Assembly (NCBI GenBank): GCA_015680685.1
Contig: MNCI01001334.1
Location: forward strand, 349,914-406,480
Source: Gnetum montanum
Taxonomy: Eukaryota; Plantae; Gnetophyta
Direction of reading: 5' to 3'
Length of the DNA: 56,567 bases
Shown: in pieces, positions 1 through 13,543 of the stretch
Numbering within the stretch: position 1 is the stretch's first letter
Layout of the letters: every line of letters starts with the position of its first letter
The notes under the pieces: generated by a model
Database searches by the model: none
What the model saw: only the letters and a program-made list of their open reading frames with translations
Told to the model about the DNA's origin: nothing
Position numbers and translations under genes: made by a program

Positions 1-100
1 GAAGGACACGATATCGCGTACGCGATATCGCAGGGGATGCGATATCGCGTCCTTCCCTACGATATCGCGTACGCGATATCGCGGCCGACGCAAACCGCGT
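1..100. repeat. CG-rich array of palindromic CGATATCG units
   Basis: CGATATCG at 9, 23, 40, 60 and 74; the perfect 22-bp palindrome CGATATCGCGTACGCGATATCG occurs at 9-30 and 60-81. Confidence 0.9.
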
Positions 101-339
101 CTCATCAATTTTAAAAAAATTTCTATTAATTGTATTATATTTTGTAAAAAATAATTATTCTAATTTTCACAATAACTTTTAATGTTTACAATTCTATAAG
201 TAAAGGACTATTCAGTTCAACAAACACGACCACAAAAAAAACATGAAATACCAACTCTACATAGAAAAAACCAACTCATAAACCCAACACATTCACGCTT
301 CAAATTCAAATCGATGATTTATCAAAGAGGCCTTGCATG

Positions 340-2618
340 ACTCACAATTCACAAAAAACTTCCACATTCCCTCATGAAATAATATTCAACTTGTCCAAGA
401 CAAAACAACAAATATCCATTAATAATTAAGATGTAATAAAGGTTTGAAATACACATCTCTATGACAACACACTTCATGCTTGTGTTGATTATATAATAAC
501 ACTTAAAGTCCAATCATGAGTTTTTTAAGCAATAACAAATCAAGTTAAGCAATTCGTAAGAACTTCTATTTGTAAAGATGTGAATAATCTCGAGAACAAT
601 CGTGACTCTTTATGAAAATAAAGTTTAGACGAAGATCCATGAAAAAGTGAGAAGTGTGATGAGGAAACATAGAAGAAGTGGAAGAATAACAAGAAAAATA
701 AGTATGTGAAAAAATGAAGTCTCAGAATAATAAGTAGACTTTATTCAAGAAATAATTCAAAATAATTCGTATTGGAATATCTCTTAGTATCTAATTGATT
801 AGGAATACTGAGATGATGAAGAAGTTTATCAGTTTCATCTAAAAAATTGATAAGTTTTGTAGGAGATAGGTATGATCCTTGTAGTGTAGGATCTAGTTTT
901 TGCCCAATGTAACCTGGTTCAATTTCTTAAAGAAGAAGAGAAGACCATCTAGAAGGTTGCAATGGAAAAGGAAGAACAAGACTTATGAAGAAGTGTTTCA
1001 TAAGGTGATAAGCTAAGACAAGAGTGACTTAACAAAGTATGAAGAAGTTGGTGCAGTTAAAGTTTGGAAGGAACTTAATGAAGCACCATAGTCAAAGAAG
1101 AGTTAAATTGAAGAATATAATTCGTAACAATGAAAGTTACAAGTAATGGTTATAAGGAAGAAGGTCACTTAAGAATCCTTACAAATGAGATTTGCAAAGA
1201 GCATGAATGTGATAAAATTATTAAGTTAATAATATGAAGATTAAGCATAGTGTCAGAATATGAATCCTAATAATTAGAGTTGTTGAAGAATGTAAAAACA
1301 TACCTACTTGTAACAACTTGGGTTGATGTTTAGCTAACAACCTAAAAATATCAAGTTAGAGGAGCAACAAAAATCAATCACTAAAGTCCCACAAATTAGT
1401 CACACACAAGTTAAGGTTTGACTAGAACAACCTTTCAAAACAACCCCAAGTGAGCAAATAGTAGCAACTTCCCAACCATACAAGATTAGCCCTAGGTTTA
1501 GCTACAAAAAATACAAGGCTAAAATAAGCAAGGAAAAGCCTTATGCTTCTCCTTTCTCTCTCTCTCTTTCTTACTCATCAAACTAGCATAGTCTCTCCTT
1601 ACTTGGTAAATAAAGTAAAACAAAAGAAAAATCCCCATAATTAATAAGATGAAGGAGACCTCAAGGCTTGGGCAAAGACTTGTATACAGAAGTTTATATA
1701 ATGGAGAAGTCTAGACAACATATTTGTCAAAAATGTGTTTTATTCATGACATGATGGCTACTTAACTTGGGCAAGCAACATCATGAGTGAGTGGACATGT
1801 GAGAGTGATAACACCCAAGAAAGTTTCAATTTCCTATTAAATAAATTCTTATTATCTTTTCTTAGCAATTAATATGAAGTGGACAATATATATATTAAAA
1901 TTAGATGTTATCATGAGAATGTCCAAAAAGTAACATCAAGAATACATTACCATTCTACCTAGTTTTCTCATTGACTTTTCACTTATGCCCCACAATTTAA
2001 ACTTTTTGAAAGTCATTTTAACTTCATAATGCTAAGAGGGTTTTTAATTTATTTTTGGCCCTTTGTCTATTTTTCACAATTTCCATATTTTGGCTAGTAA
2101 AAGACACTAATATAAATTTTTTACACATATGATGTTTTACACATTTTGAGCTAGTAAAAACAAACACAAACATGCCATAGCTACCTAGGAAAAAATTAAA
2201 AATTTCATTGAACCAAAGAAAATATAGGCTTGCAATGCTCTTTTTTTTATTGTTTAACATTAAAATTTTAAAATTTAGAAGCCAAATGAAGAAAATAATT
2301 AAAGTTTTATACTTTACATGTAAAATCAAGCTAGTCCACCACATTTGAGTGTAATTTGATAACTTTGAATTTTTTATATAATTTTAGGAATTAAATATGT
2401 AAATAAATTAAAATTTCCACTAAAACAAAAAAAATAAACATGGATTCTATTTTGATTAATTTCAATAATTATGGATAAATAGTAACTAAATCACCGAATC
2501 AAAAGTTTTCATATCAACTTAGAAGTATTAGACACATACACAAGCTTCTAAGTATTTAATTACTTACAAGATATAAAATAGAGTATTAAGGTCACATGTA
2601 TAAATGCGGGGTAGTATA
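340..2618. mobile_element. Decayed LTR relic (Ty3/gypsy-like), same family as 6603-8213
   Basis: Shares blocks with 7060-8213 (caacttgtccaagacaaaa; gatgaag.agacctcaagg; terminal gtattaaggtcacat.tataaatg.ggggy..ta.a); left boundary approximate. Confidence 0.6.
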
Positions 2619-2639
2619 GTCATTAAGTATTCAACTATT

Positions 2640-3240
2640 TTCTTGAAATAGCTATTAGCTATTAGAAGATCATAGGCTTGAGTGAACTCAAGAATAGACT
2701 TTACTATCTCATTTCTCTCTTTGATGTGCCCTTTGTAACCCTTTCATAACTTGTTCTTGTTGTTCCCACATGTCCCTTTGAAATCTCCTTTGATAAGGAT
2801 ACTTTTATGCTTTGATATTTGTTGCATGTGCATTTTTAAAATCCTATAAAGTTCTGTTAACATGATCATTCGAACCAACCTGAGCTGCATACACACTAAG
2901 GATATTAATTAATAACTTCTTTTCTCAAGATAAGCTTAATGCCCATGATCATATCACCTTGTCTAGTCATTTTAACTACTTTATCCTTCAATTTTTGATC
3001 AACCACTCTCTGTACTCCATTTCTAAAGTTGTCTCTCCATCCACAATAAAAGAGCTTAAATCCTTTACCAATGTCCATTGCTTTCTCTCCCTTCCACTTA
3101 GTTTCCTACAAGCAAGCTATGTTGACTTGTCTCCTTGTCATCAAATTCATAATTTTGTTGGTCTTCTCTATTAATTAGCCTATGTTGCATAATGCCATCC
3201 TATCTCCCACCTCTTATGTTCAACAACCACTTATGCATAG
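2640..3240 (-). mobile_element. RTE-clade LINE AP-endonuclease fragment
   Basis: Minus strand reads VNIACL*ETKWKGEKA..IGKGFKLFYCG ... GDFKGHVG. Confidence 0.75.
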
Positions 3241-3365
3241 TTGTTTAAGCCATGTTTTTTTTTTCAAATGTACAACTAACAATTTTTTGGTTGGTTTGAA
3301 ATAATGCTGAACATTCCAACATGTCCAAAACCTATTTATTAAATTTAATTTCATTGTGGCTATAG

Positions 3366-3479
3366 TTTTGCAGTCCATGGAGCCAGAAGCAAGGAAGGAC
3401 TTAACACCTTTGAAATTGAGAAAAAAGGCTGCCCACATTTGCCTTGAAGACTATCAACATTTAGCGTAATTCCTTTAAG
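3366..3479 (+). pseudogene. OVA2: IleRS exon (VLQSMEPEARKDLTPLKLRKKAA..FALKTINI*RNSFK)
   Basis: tatag acceptor; +1 frameshift near 3434; TAG at 3462-3464; donor GT changed to AT at 3480. Confidence 0.85.
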
Positions 3480-3810
3480 ATATTTGTGGTGTTAAAAGCT
3501 TATAAATGTTAGCATGGAGTGCGCCATTACCCAAAACTAAGGGAATTGAGGTGTTCCTTTGCACCTTTCTAGAACTAAAATCACATTTAACATGAAACAT
3601 AGGTATTACAATGCCCCCATCATAACTTGTGTTTGCAACTTGTTGGTTGATAAACAAACAAATTAGCTGGTTTATTTATTAAAACAAGAAAATATGATTT
3701 TATTTATTTGTACTATTCTTCATTGAATAATGATTACGTAAGCTATTTTTGTGATGTTAGATAACATTTTTTCAAGCTGTATTTCAAGTCATATCTATTA
3801 TCTGCTGCAA

Positions 3811-3879
3811 AGATATGGAGTGTGGGGAGACTAGGATAATTCTTATTTGACACTTTCTCTAGATCATGAAGTTGCACAG
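3811..3879 (+). pseudogene. OVA2: IleRS exon (RYGVWGD*DNSYLTLSLDHEVAQ)
   Basis: Acceptor CAG changed to CAA; TGG changed to TAG at 3832-3834; gt donor at 3880. Confidence 0.85.
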
Positions 3880-6602
3880 GTTCAGCGAATTATTTTTCTT
3901 TGCTTATAGATTGCCCCCTTCATATTTCTTAGACTGTTGTAATCTATAGCATGTATTCTTTATTTCAATAGATATCATTTTAAAGGCAGATTGCTTCGGG
4001 GCCAAATGCCTTGACAATGCCAATACTCTGGTATTATGTCTAGAAGGATGCAAATATAGTCCACTGGTGTATTTTAGGATACTGTTTTTATTCCATATTT
4101 GAATTACAAGTGCAGCACAGTTGCTGATGTAAAAGATTTGCCATTGCTAATCCGTAGGGTTTCAAGGGTTGCATGGTTTGTGAGTATTGACAAGGAAAAG
4201 GTGAACCATAATCGGTTTGTGGAAATGCTAATTGTTTGAAAAGCTGAATGAGATTAAATTTAGTGCTGGTGAAATCTAATGATCATGCACGTAGTTATTT
4301 AGGCTAAGAAATTATTGGTTGAGCTACAATACTATTGGTATAAAGTACAAGTAAATTTAAAAAAAGAAAACTAGTGAATTTGGAGTTAAACTGAGTGAGA
4401 GAAACCTATATTCAATGGAATCTATAGGAGCCTTCATAATCAACCTCCAAAATTTCACTACAATTTTCATTTCCAAAATTTTCAAAACATCAAGCTAGAC
4501 TTTAGCAACTAATAAGAGTATGACAACATAATGGTAGGTTGATTGCAAGGCCTAGGTGACTTCTAACCTTCATTGACCTTAACATGTTGATGACATAGAA
4601 CTTTTTCTACCTTTCATAATTCTAAAAATTATGAATCAATTGTGTATTATCAATCTTCACTAGTACTATGATAACTCAAAGAGTTGCTTAGCCAAAGGTG
4701 GTGACTATCACTTCTCATCACCTATTTCAAGTTTTGTTTTACAAGTAACACTAATGAATGTGGTTGGATGTTATTCTAATTTTCTACTATGTTTTCCCTA
4801 AACAAGATAATTTAATTTATAAAGGCTTTAAAAAATGCCTAGGGATGAAAAATATATAGGCTTCAAAAACATTGCCTATGCAATGTGGTGTTGCATTCTC
4901 ACATTGAGGGCTCTCTAACTTGAAAAATCTGGTTGCCATCTAGTTGTGAGTTGAGCTAGTTTTTATTTTCTATACTACACAAATAAGGCTTGACTTAACT
5001 ATTATTTTTAGAATACGCTTTCATATAACCCCAAGATAGGTGACTAGGGATCATATGTGAGGTGGGTACACACTTATGAATCATGCTTGCATCATTGAAA
5101 ACCTTCGCGTCTTGTGCAAGTCAACCTCATGGGTCCAACAACTTAGGATATTATGCCTAGGTAAACATATATATATAGGTAGGGTTGGATAGTGGTGCTT
5201 ATTTCTACTTCTAAGGTAGGGTGTTTATAAGAAAATAAATAATGCAACCCATCCATTCAGGGTAGGGAAATGAATATATTATTCAAAAAAGTATTTAAGG
5301 TCCCCTAAAATGGTACATACTTCATAGAAGGCACACCAACCAAATGCATCATTTTCCTAGTTACTAGTTTAGTTTTATAAAAGGCAAGTCAACATACTTG
5401 TATATTTTCTTTCTCTTCTTTGCCCACATAAAAGAACATTTTTGCTAGTAAATTTAGGGATTAGTACATTAAAACAAGAATAAATGAATAATGAATTGCT
5501 TGCATAAAAGGAAAGTCTAACTATGACAAAATTTACAATGCACTGTCATTAGCATTTCAAGAAAATACTTTAAGAAATTTTTAATATTTCATATTGCAAC
5601 TATCATCCGTTCTGATAGAAAGAAAACAACTTTGGATTCTACTTTTCAAATGTTAGCCAGAGCACAAACACATGAAACAAGGAAGAGGTATCATGATCAA
5701 AAATTGCTATATTTTGTCTTAGCATTCATTAGGAGTTGAAGTTCTATGGATTGGGAAATTGGATGATTATTTTGTTTCTTTTGTTTTCTCAAGTTTTGAA
5801 AATGTAAAAGGGGAAACAACACTTTTTTTTTATTTCTTTTTTAATTGCAACAACAAGGTCTATTCATGTGTCACACCAAAGATTATGACTAATTTTTTTT
5901 AACAATTCAAATAAGGTAATAGGAATTAAACAGTGATTTCCTCCATCATACGACATTCTACGATCTAAATTTTCTTCTCTAAATGAATCTGAACTTGTCT
6001 TCTTTCCCTAATGTCTTATAAAGAACTTCACATAGACCTTAGAACTTCCATGACAACTGAAAGCCTATACAGTATAAAAGGGGACATCAAATGTTGTTCT
6101 CTTTCACACTCTGATTTTCCCTCTATTTTTAGCAGGTTTTGTCTCTAAACTAGGAATCATCATAATCAAGGAACTAAATTCTGATTTGAAGTAAACAAAA
6201 TAAGTAAATTCCATGTAATCTTATGCCAAATTTAAAAGAGAGAACAACAAAAATCTGAAATGTACCAAACTTGATTACCATGATGGATTAACATGGTGCC
6301 AAAGTTTTGGAATCTTCATTATTAAATTTTGTAGCTTCATATTTTCACATTGAGAGAAATGTGAGCTTAAACAAAGGACCAGTTAACAATAAATTGGAAC
6401 TTGACAACTCTCTCAACAAATCCCACAAAATTGACCATGACAATGCTCAACAAAACAAAACTTGTCCACTCCACTTTTCATCATGCAAAAGACACAATCA
6501 ATCATCAATATACATAATTCCCTTTTTATTTTAATGAATGCTCAATGGACCCTTTGGCCATTCAGTTGTCACACATTATGTACCTCCAACACTAGAGCAT
6601 CT

Positions 6603-8213
6603 TGTAGCCCACACAAGAAATCACCAGACTTGGCTAGAATGATGGGGGGACATTCATTAATAATGTTCACAAAAACATAAAATACCTAGTGCACATAAAT
6701 AGGATAATCACCTAAAGCATCAATGCTCATCCTACCAAGTAGGGTCTTGGAAGGTTCGGTGGATGAGTGAAAGCCTAACCTTTTCAAGTGGTTGCACCCA
6801 AGCTCAAACCCATGTCTTTGAACTTGAGAAGCAAACAGCTTACAATCACTTTAAATGATGGTCCCTACAATGTGTCAAATTAGCATGGGAATTGAACTTG
6901 TGACTTTCGAATCACAAGTTTCATGCTTTAACCAACTGAGCAAAAAAATACTAACTCATAAGCCCATTACATTATTGCCAAAAATCAGATCTATGACTGG
7001 TGAAAGATCCTATGCATGGCTCACAATTCACAAGAAATCCAACATGCCCCGATGAAACAATCCTCAACTTGTCCAAGACAAAAAACAAACAATCACCAAT
7101 AATTTAGGCACAACAAAGGTTTAGGATACACCCTCTAGAAATGGGTTGATTAGTTTTGGTTAGAAGAAGACACTTCAGGCTTGGGTTATTATCCAGTCAA
7201 CAGCCTCAAGAATCAAGTCAAAACAACAAACCCATCGTGGAGCCAGAAACCTTTAAGAACATCAAAGACAGAGATAGATAGTCCTTAGAGTCAACCTCTA
7301 CATTCTCCAAAATTTGCCACAAATAGCCTCTAATAGTGGTAACAAGTTCAGCCTCCCAAGCATCAATTAAGCACTCACAAGATCACTCAAGATAGTCCAA
7401 AAGATAGATTGAGAACAAGCAAGGAACATGTACCTTTTCTTTTCTATATCTCCTTTGCTCCTCAAATTAACATAGTCTGACTCACTTGACAATAGGTGAA
7501 AATAAGAGCAAAGTATTCACAATTTATAGGATGAAGAAGACCTCAAGGTTTGGGTAAGATTTGTGCACAAGGGGTTACACAATGGGCAAGGATTGGACAT
7601 CCTATCCACCACAAATCCCTTTTTTTATTCCTAACATGATGATTATTTGATTCAAAAAAGCAAAGTCTTAAGTAAGGAGATATAAGTGAGACTGACAATA
7701 CCTAAGAGAGCCATGTGCCCTATTAAATGAGCCATTTGTCTTTTTTTCAATCATTAATACAAAGTACACAATACAGATATGAAATTAAGGAAAATTGGAT
7801 CCATAATCTAATTTGATGTTTTTTAATTGACATGCAATGCATAACCCCCCCCCCCCCCCCGGGGGGGAGTGCTTGTCGTTTATGGTGCCAGATTTTTGCA
7901 TGGGGGCTTCCACCCCCCCCTCCTGTGCGGGCCATTTCTGATGACCCTCGAAATGTATACTCTTGTACTATAATTTTTCAGTAATATACTCCCGAACATT
8001 TTCTCAAAAAAAAAAAATATTTTCTTTCTGAAAATAATAAATAATTTGAAATAAATTATTAATAATTAATAAATTTTAATAAATCACCTAATAAAAAGAA
8101 TTAATTTAGATGCATTAGTTACATTTGCAAACATATACAGGCTTCAAAGCAAGTTTGAGTTTAAGTATCTAATAGAAGTATTAAGGTCACATTTATAAAT
8201 GTGGGGCACTACA
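6603..8213. mobile_element. Probable solo LTR (TGTAG...GGGGCACTACA) in IleRS intron
   Basis: TG..CA inverted termini; homologous to 340-2618; no convincing TSD; left end uncertain. Confidence 0.55.
6735..6941 (-). mobile_element. tRNA-derived SINE-like remnants
   Basis: 6880-6941 minus strand reads GCTCAGTTGGTTAAAGCA...GTTCAATTCC (A/B-box-like); 6740-6835 is similar to 20790-20890. Confidence 0.5.
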
Positions 8214-8794
8214 GAATCCAAACAAACAGTATCTACAATAGGGGAAAATGTGGTAGATAAAAGCTTAATGATTTCATGGTCCAATCATTGGCAGTGTTAG
8301 ACAAAAATCTTTATTAGCAAGCATTATCATAATAAGGATAAACCAAAACTATGATAATCTTATAGCATATTTAGTATAATGACTACTTTTAAATCAATTT
8401 GTTTCATTGTTGAAATTAATGATGCTTTGAATTCTCTAGACAAAGCCTCTTTTTGGGTTGTCAAATCTTACTTGAGTATTCTAGAGTCACATGTCACATG
8501 TCAAGAATAGATCAACTGGTTTAGGTTTAGGCATAAGTCTCTAACTACTACAAATGGCTATCCTAGATATATTATTTTTGCATGCATCTAGCTTAAAATC
8601 TTTGTCATGACCCCATGTTTTAATTTTAAATTAACAAACTATAATTAATGTCTGATTTGTTTTTCCTTACTAATTAAAGTGCTAATAATCAAAGAGGTTT
8701 TCTAACTTATGAAATGATGTTGAATGTTTTATTACATAGTAGAAATGCCATTATCTAATTGATGATCAACGTGATTCCTTTATGATCCTATCAG

Positions 8795-8902
8795 ATTGAA
8801 TTATTTGGGTGGATGGCTTTGCTAGGCCATATATATAGAGGTAGAAAGCCTATTCATTGGAGCCCTTCATCACAAATTGCACTTGCTGAGGCTGAATTGG
8901 AG
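8795..8902 (+). pseudogene. OVA2: IleRS exon ([36 protein letters not shown])
   Basis: ag/gt bounded, 108 nt, open frame. Confidence 0.9.
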
Positions 8903-9307
8903 GTTTGATTACTTTCATAATTTTTTGAGTGCATACTTTTTCGTTCTCTTGTTATGTTGATAGTTGATAGTTGATGCCATTACTTATTTAAATGTTTTCC
9001 TTTATGGATACCACCTCATGGAGAATTAGAAAAAAGTTGTTTGATATTTAATTTAAGCATGACACAATGTCCCATTTCTTCTTAGTTTATTTATTTTCAA
9101 TTTTATTTTGGTATCAATAAGAGGTCTTTCCTCAAATAGGTTTCTCATCTACCATGATGCCTTAATTGATTTCATAATACATGACATATTTTAACAAGCT
9201 ATTAGTTTATAATTAGGTTTTATGAACATATTCTAACCCTGAATTTGGTAACAGCTGTAATCTTGAATTATTTTATGTCCTTAATTTGTTTTGTTTTTCT
9301 TTTTTAG

Positions 9308-9459
9308 TACCCAGAAGGTCACATCTCAAAAAGCATCTATGCTACTTTCAAGCTTGTCAAAGTACCTGATGGTGTTTCTAAAGTGTTAAAAGGAATTTCT
9401 CCCAAATGTAGGTCTAGCTATCTAGACAACAACTTCCTAGACAATCCCTAGGAATGTTG
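9308..9459 (+). pseudogene. OVA2: IleRS exon (YPEGHISKSIYATFKLV...LAI*TTTS*TIP), start of CP1 editing region
   Basis: ag/gt bounded; +1 frameshift near 9390; both Trp codons of WTTTPW are TAG (9423, 9438). Confidence 0.88.
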
Positions 9460-9999
9460 GTAAGCATTGGCTACAAGATACCCTTTTCTCACAATTTTGA
9501 CAATTAAGTACTTTGAATTTTACTTAAAAGTACTCCAAACAGGTATTCATTGCATGTGTTTTTACACATATGGTGCAATTAGACTACATGAGTGCTATTG
9601 GTTTTTTTTTTTTTTGGATTGTCATTGCAAATAGAATGCTATTTTGATATGTATGTTTTTAGTCCCACATTTCACATTGATCTATTGATATTTCTTTATT
9701 GTTTCCAAGGGATATTTGAATAACCTTTATTGTGGAAGACATTCCATTAAAATTATATCTTTTACTTGAATAGTTGGGTTGCTTGTCAATTAAAAAATCA
9801 AGGTTATCTATTTTTGAATAAGCAAAAGGAAGATTCTTCTCATCTTGTTGCCTTTATCCCATCAACATGGTCTAACCTGTTTGGATAGGCAAAGGATTTG
9901 ATGTTGTTTTTCTATGGATTGGTATTTATGTAATGTTATGCTCCTAAACATATATTTTAACTATGCTCTCAGGTAGCATGTGTTTCAACATGCCCTTGG

Positions 10000-10830
10000 A
10001 ATCAAACTTATGACTTGCACAACCATAAGCTACCTGTTATAACCGAGCTATGCCTTATTGACAAGGAAAATGAAGATTCTATTAATCATAAAATTTTGGA
10101 TTACATCTAGAAAATATTTGGGATCTTAGAGATCTACCATGGAATTTAAAGTATTAGTCTTATAACATCAAATCATTTCTGAAATTGGTTTACAACCTCC
10201 TAAATCTTGCTAGTTTCAATGCTTCAGGTATCATTAATGCACATGCTCTCCCCAACCTGTCTCTAGGCTATTTTCACTATATTGAAAGGTTTGGTGATTT
10301 CCTTCCTTATTCTAAAAGACACATTTTCTAGCAAAGCAACCCAACTTTTATTTGTGCATTGTTTTCCACCAATACATATGTGGTCCAATAATATTGCTAA
10401 TGTGCCAATAAATTGGTCCATCTAAAAATTCTATAATATAATTGAAATACTTCTTTGTCACTTGGATCTGCATTATATGCTTATCGTTAACCCTCATGCT
10501 AGCATTCCTAAAAATTCCATATTTTTCTAATGCAGTCTTTTAAGCCTAAGCAACACGTTTTCATGGACAGCATACTTTGGTACAATATATAACGGGTGAG
10601 TTTCCCTTTACCCTTTCCAGGATCCTGCAAAAGAGTTTTATTTCAAATTTTGACGTTATTGGTAGCCAATAAGCAAGACATTGAAATCATTGGAGCAGCT
10701 ATATTAAGAAGCTTACCTTACCAGTCAATCAATCTTTGAACCAATGTGTGCAAAAACTCTAGCCTACTTATTATTGTAATTTGTTCCAAGAAATAATGGC
10801 AGAGTCAGATATTTGCCTCAAGGACCAGCT
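10000..10830 (-). mobile_element. Highly decayed L1-like ORF2 fragment
   Basis: Weak residual similarity to L1 RT and post-RT motifs; boundaries approximate. Confidence 0.3.
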
Positions 10831-11055
10831 AATTTATGTCACAATGACATTATTAATATTTTGTTTCTCTGAATGATTGACATAATTATTTTAAAGCCAT
10901 TTATATCACATCTGAAAAGTTAATTTAAAGAAGTTTGCTTTTCTATCTCAAGCATTTTTTTTGTCTCCACATGGTTTGATTAAAGACATCTGTCATTTAT
11001 CTTATCTGTCATGTGCCTTTAGACTAATCATTAGTTCACTTTTGTGTTATCTCAG

Positions 11056-11280
11056 CTGTTGCAGTGAATGACAAGCTGACTTATGTAGTGGTTGAGATAT
11101 GCCCTTCACAAAATATAACTAAAGAAACAAAAAAATCAACCAAAAAGAGATGCTGGAAAATAGTTTGATGAATCAATACCTTGTCATAGCAAAAGATCTT
11201 CTTTCTGTTCTTCAGAAAAAGTGGGGTGTTGGTCTTCATATTAAAACAACATTTCCTGGTTCCACTCTTGAAAATTGCGG
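11056..11280 (+). pseudogene. OVA2: IleRS exon (AVAVNDKLTYVVVE...KWGVGLHIKTTFPGSTLENC)
   Basis: ctcag acceptor, gt donor at 11281; frameshift around 11120-11165. Confidence 0.85.
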
Positions 11281-11924
11281 GTATACATACAAAATTCTTC
11301 TGGTACAACGAGGGCAAAGTATGGTCAAACTGTTTAAAATGTAGATATATTTGTATGGAGATTGTGTATCTATTTTGAATATGATTCAATAAGGTATCTT
11401 ACTACCTTTTGTTTTCAATATGTTCTAGCCCTTTTGTTCTATTGTTATTTGTTGGGACTTGGAACCATAGGATAAGTCAGGTTTACATTCCAGAAACTGT
11501 GATACTATTTTAATGATGGTTAAAATTGTATCCAAGATCCAAATGGTTTCCATGGCTGTGATTAATAACATCATTTTCAGTTTTGCTTCAGTTTCAATTT
11601 TTAGACATAGAAGAATGGGTTTCTCTGCTGTTGGGTTCAAGTCATAGACATGCTACCTAGGAACACAACATAGATATCAATGTTGTACCAGGCAAGAAGC
11701 CTACTATAAAATATAAATATGTTACCAGGTTATAACAAAAGAGTCCAAATTTTGTTTGACAGGGTAAATGTTAAGTTTCCAAGATAACAGAAATTGTGAT
11801 TTATGAAATACCTTATATTTTGAAAATACGCTTGAGCGTATCCTGGGACAATGAGAGGATTTTAGTGTGCATCGTTTTTATCATCAAATCATTTTATTTA
11901 AGGGTTTGTATTTTGATGTTCTAG

Positions 11925-12211
11925 TTATATGCATCCCAGTGAAAGTCGGGAGTGTCCAGTTGTAATTGGAGGGGATTATATCACAACAGAATCAGGAACA
12001 GGGTTGGTACATACTGCTCCTGACCGTGGCCTGGAGGATTTCTCAACAGGTATAAAATACAGTCTTCCGGTTCTATCACCTGTGGATGAACGTGGGATGT
12101 TTACTGAGGAAGCTGAACAATTTTCTGGTTTGGATGCCCTTGGAGATGGAAATTTGGCAGTAATGAATGCAATGGATCAGAAATTGTCATTCATAATGGA
12201 GGAAAGTTATG
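11925..12211 (+). pseudogene. OVA2: IleRS exon (YMHP..CPVVIGGDYITTESGTGLVHTAPDRG...MEESY), CP1 editing domain
   Basis: Matches ORF 11929-12267; APGHG degraded to APDRG; donor GT changed to GG at 12212. Confidence 0.9.
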
Positions 12212-12529
12212 GGACGATGCTTTTTTCTTCATTATCATATATTATTGTTAATGTATCTCATTTATAGTGAGTAGAAGTGTTTTGCTGATGTAAAAATCCA
12301 TGGATAAAAGCCTTGTGAGCATAATCAGTATTTTGTCATGTTAATTATTTATTTGTATTTTTAAAATAGTTTGATCAATAATATTAGGTAGCTAACTTCC
12401 CATCCAAATTGATGCTTCACTTTACGGATGGACCTCCAACACAATGATTTTTAAGATTCTTCTGGTGTGAGATTTTCTAGCGAGCATGTAGTAGCTACCT
12501 TCTGGGTTGTTCTATAAAAACTCTTTCAA

Positions 12530-13010
12530 CTTGATATATAAGTGTGCCTTTTTTTCACGGTACAATTGTTATGAATCATTGGGCAACGTTTATTAAAAAA
12601 CTAGGAGGCTGGCAAGCAAAGAAAGTCACAGATGCACGTAAGACTGCAATTAATCAAGGCCTGTAGGAATGCAATGCCAGTGTATCTTATGTCATCTCTT
12701 AAATCCCCAGTGAGTATTATTATCAAAATTGAAATATTAGAGGTATCATTTCTTTGGAGGATGTTTTGTTCGGGCCATCAATAGCATACTATTGCCTGGG
12801 GTGACGTTTGTAAGCCTATTACTATTGGAGGTTGGGTCTTAAAGAGCAAAAACAATTCTTATTAAGTTAGCCATTCAAATTATCACGAACGATGACAAAG
12901 ATTGGGTTGAAGATATAAGGCACAAGTACCTGTACGGAAATGTGCCTCTATTCAACTATGCTATTAGTGTAAATGCTGCATTTTGGAGAAGCATTGAAGC
13001 AATGAAACTT
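12530..13010 (+). mobile_element. L1-clade LINE ORF2 post-RT fragment
   Basis: KKLGGWQAK..., NAMPVYLMS, FLW, IAWGDVCKPITIGG.GLK motifs across frameshifts. Confidence 0.7.
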
Positions 13011-13359
13011 ATTGCTCAGCAAGCAATTGTAAGACTAATTAATCTTACTGTTATGTTAGTGTAATATTTGATAAGTCTTGAAGTAGAACACTGCCTGTGT
13101 ACACCTTTAGTGGAATTAAATATTAATGTTGGCACCATAAACATAGGCATATGAGCTTTTCATGAGCATTTTGTTAAAATTGTCTATTTCAACTTCATTT
13201 GTAGTTTTGTATTTGTGCAATGGCTCACATAGTAAAAACGACTCCCTTTTTTGGTTAAGAAAGGAAATATACTCTTAATGCAAATTAAATTGATCATTTC
13301 TAGGTTAGTACTTAATTGTTAAGTACTGTTGATATAAAGTTCAGTTAATGGTTTTGTTT

Positions 13360-13543
13360 GTGGAGGGCACATTAAATGTACAGATATTGTAGATAAACTA
13401 CGTGAATAGCATTTTAGATGGGTTGGTCCTTAAATAATGAATCTTTGAAAAGAAGGTTGCTACATCACAACTTTAGGAAGTCAATCAAAAGAAGTAATGT
13501 AGCCAACGCTATATTGTTAGGGAAAAGTTATGATGATGATGTT
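13360..13543 (+). mobile_element. RTE-clade LINE 3' fragment with (GAT)n tail
   Basis: DKLRE..RW.G remnant; shares ggttgctacatcacaa with the 17587-17894 copy; ends atgatgatgatg. Confidence 0.65.

Noticed and set aside
1-100. CRISPR-like repeat array
   Set aside because: No regular repeat-spacer periodicity, no cas genes, and a eukaryotic context.
6880-6941. Functional tRNA gene
   Set aside because: A/B-box-like motifs are present but the acceptor and anticodon stems do not pair; better explained as a SINE head.
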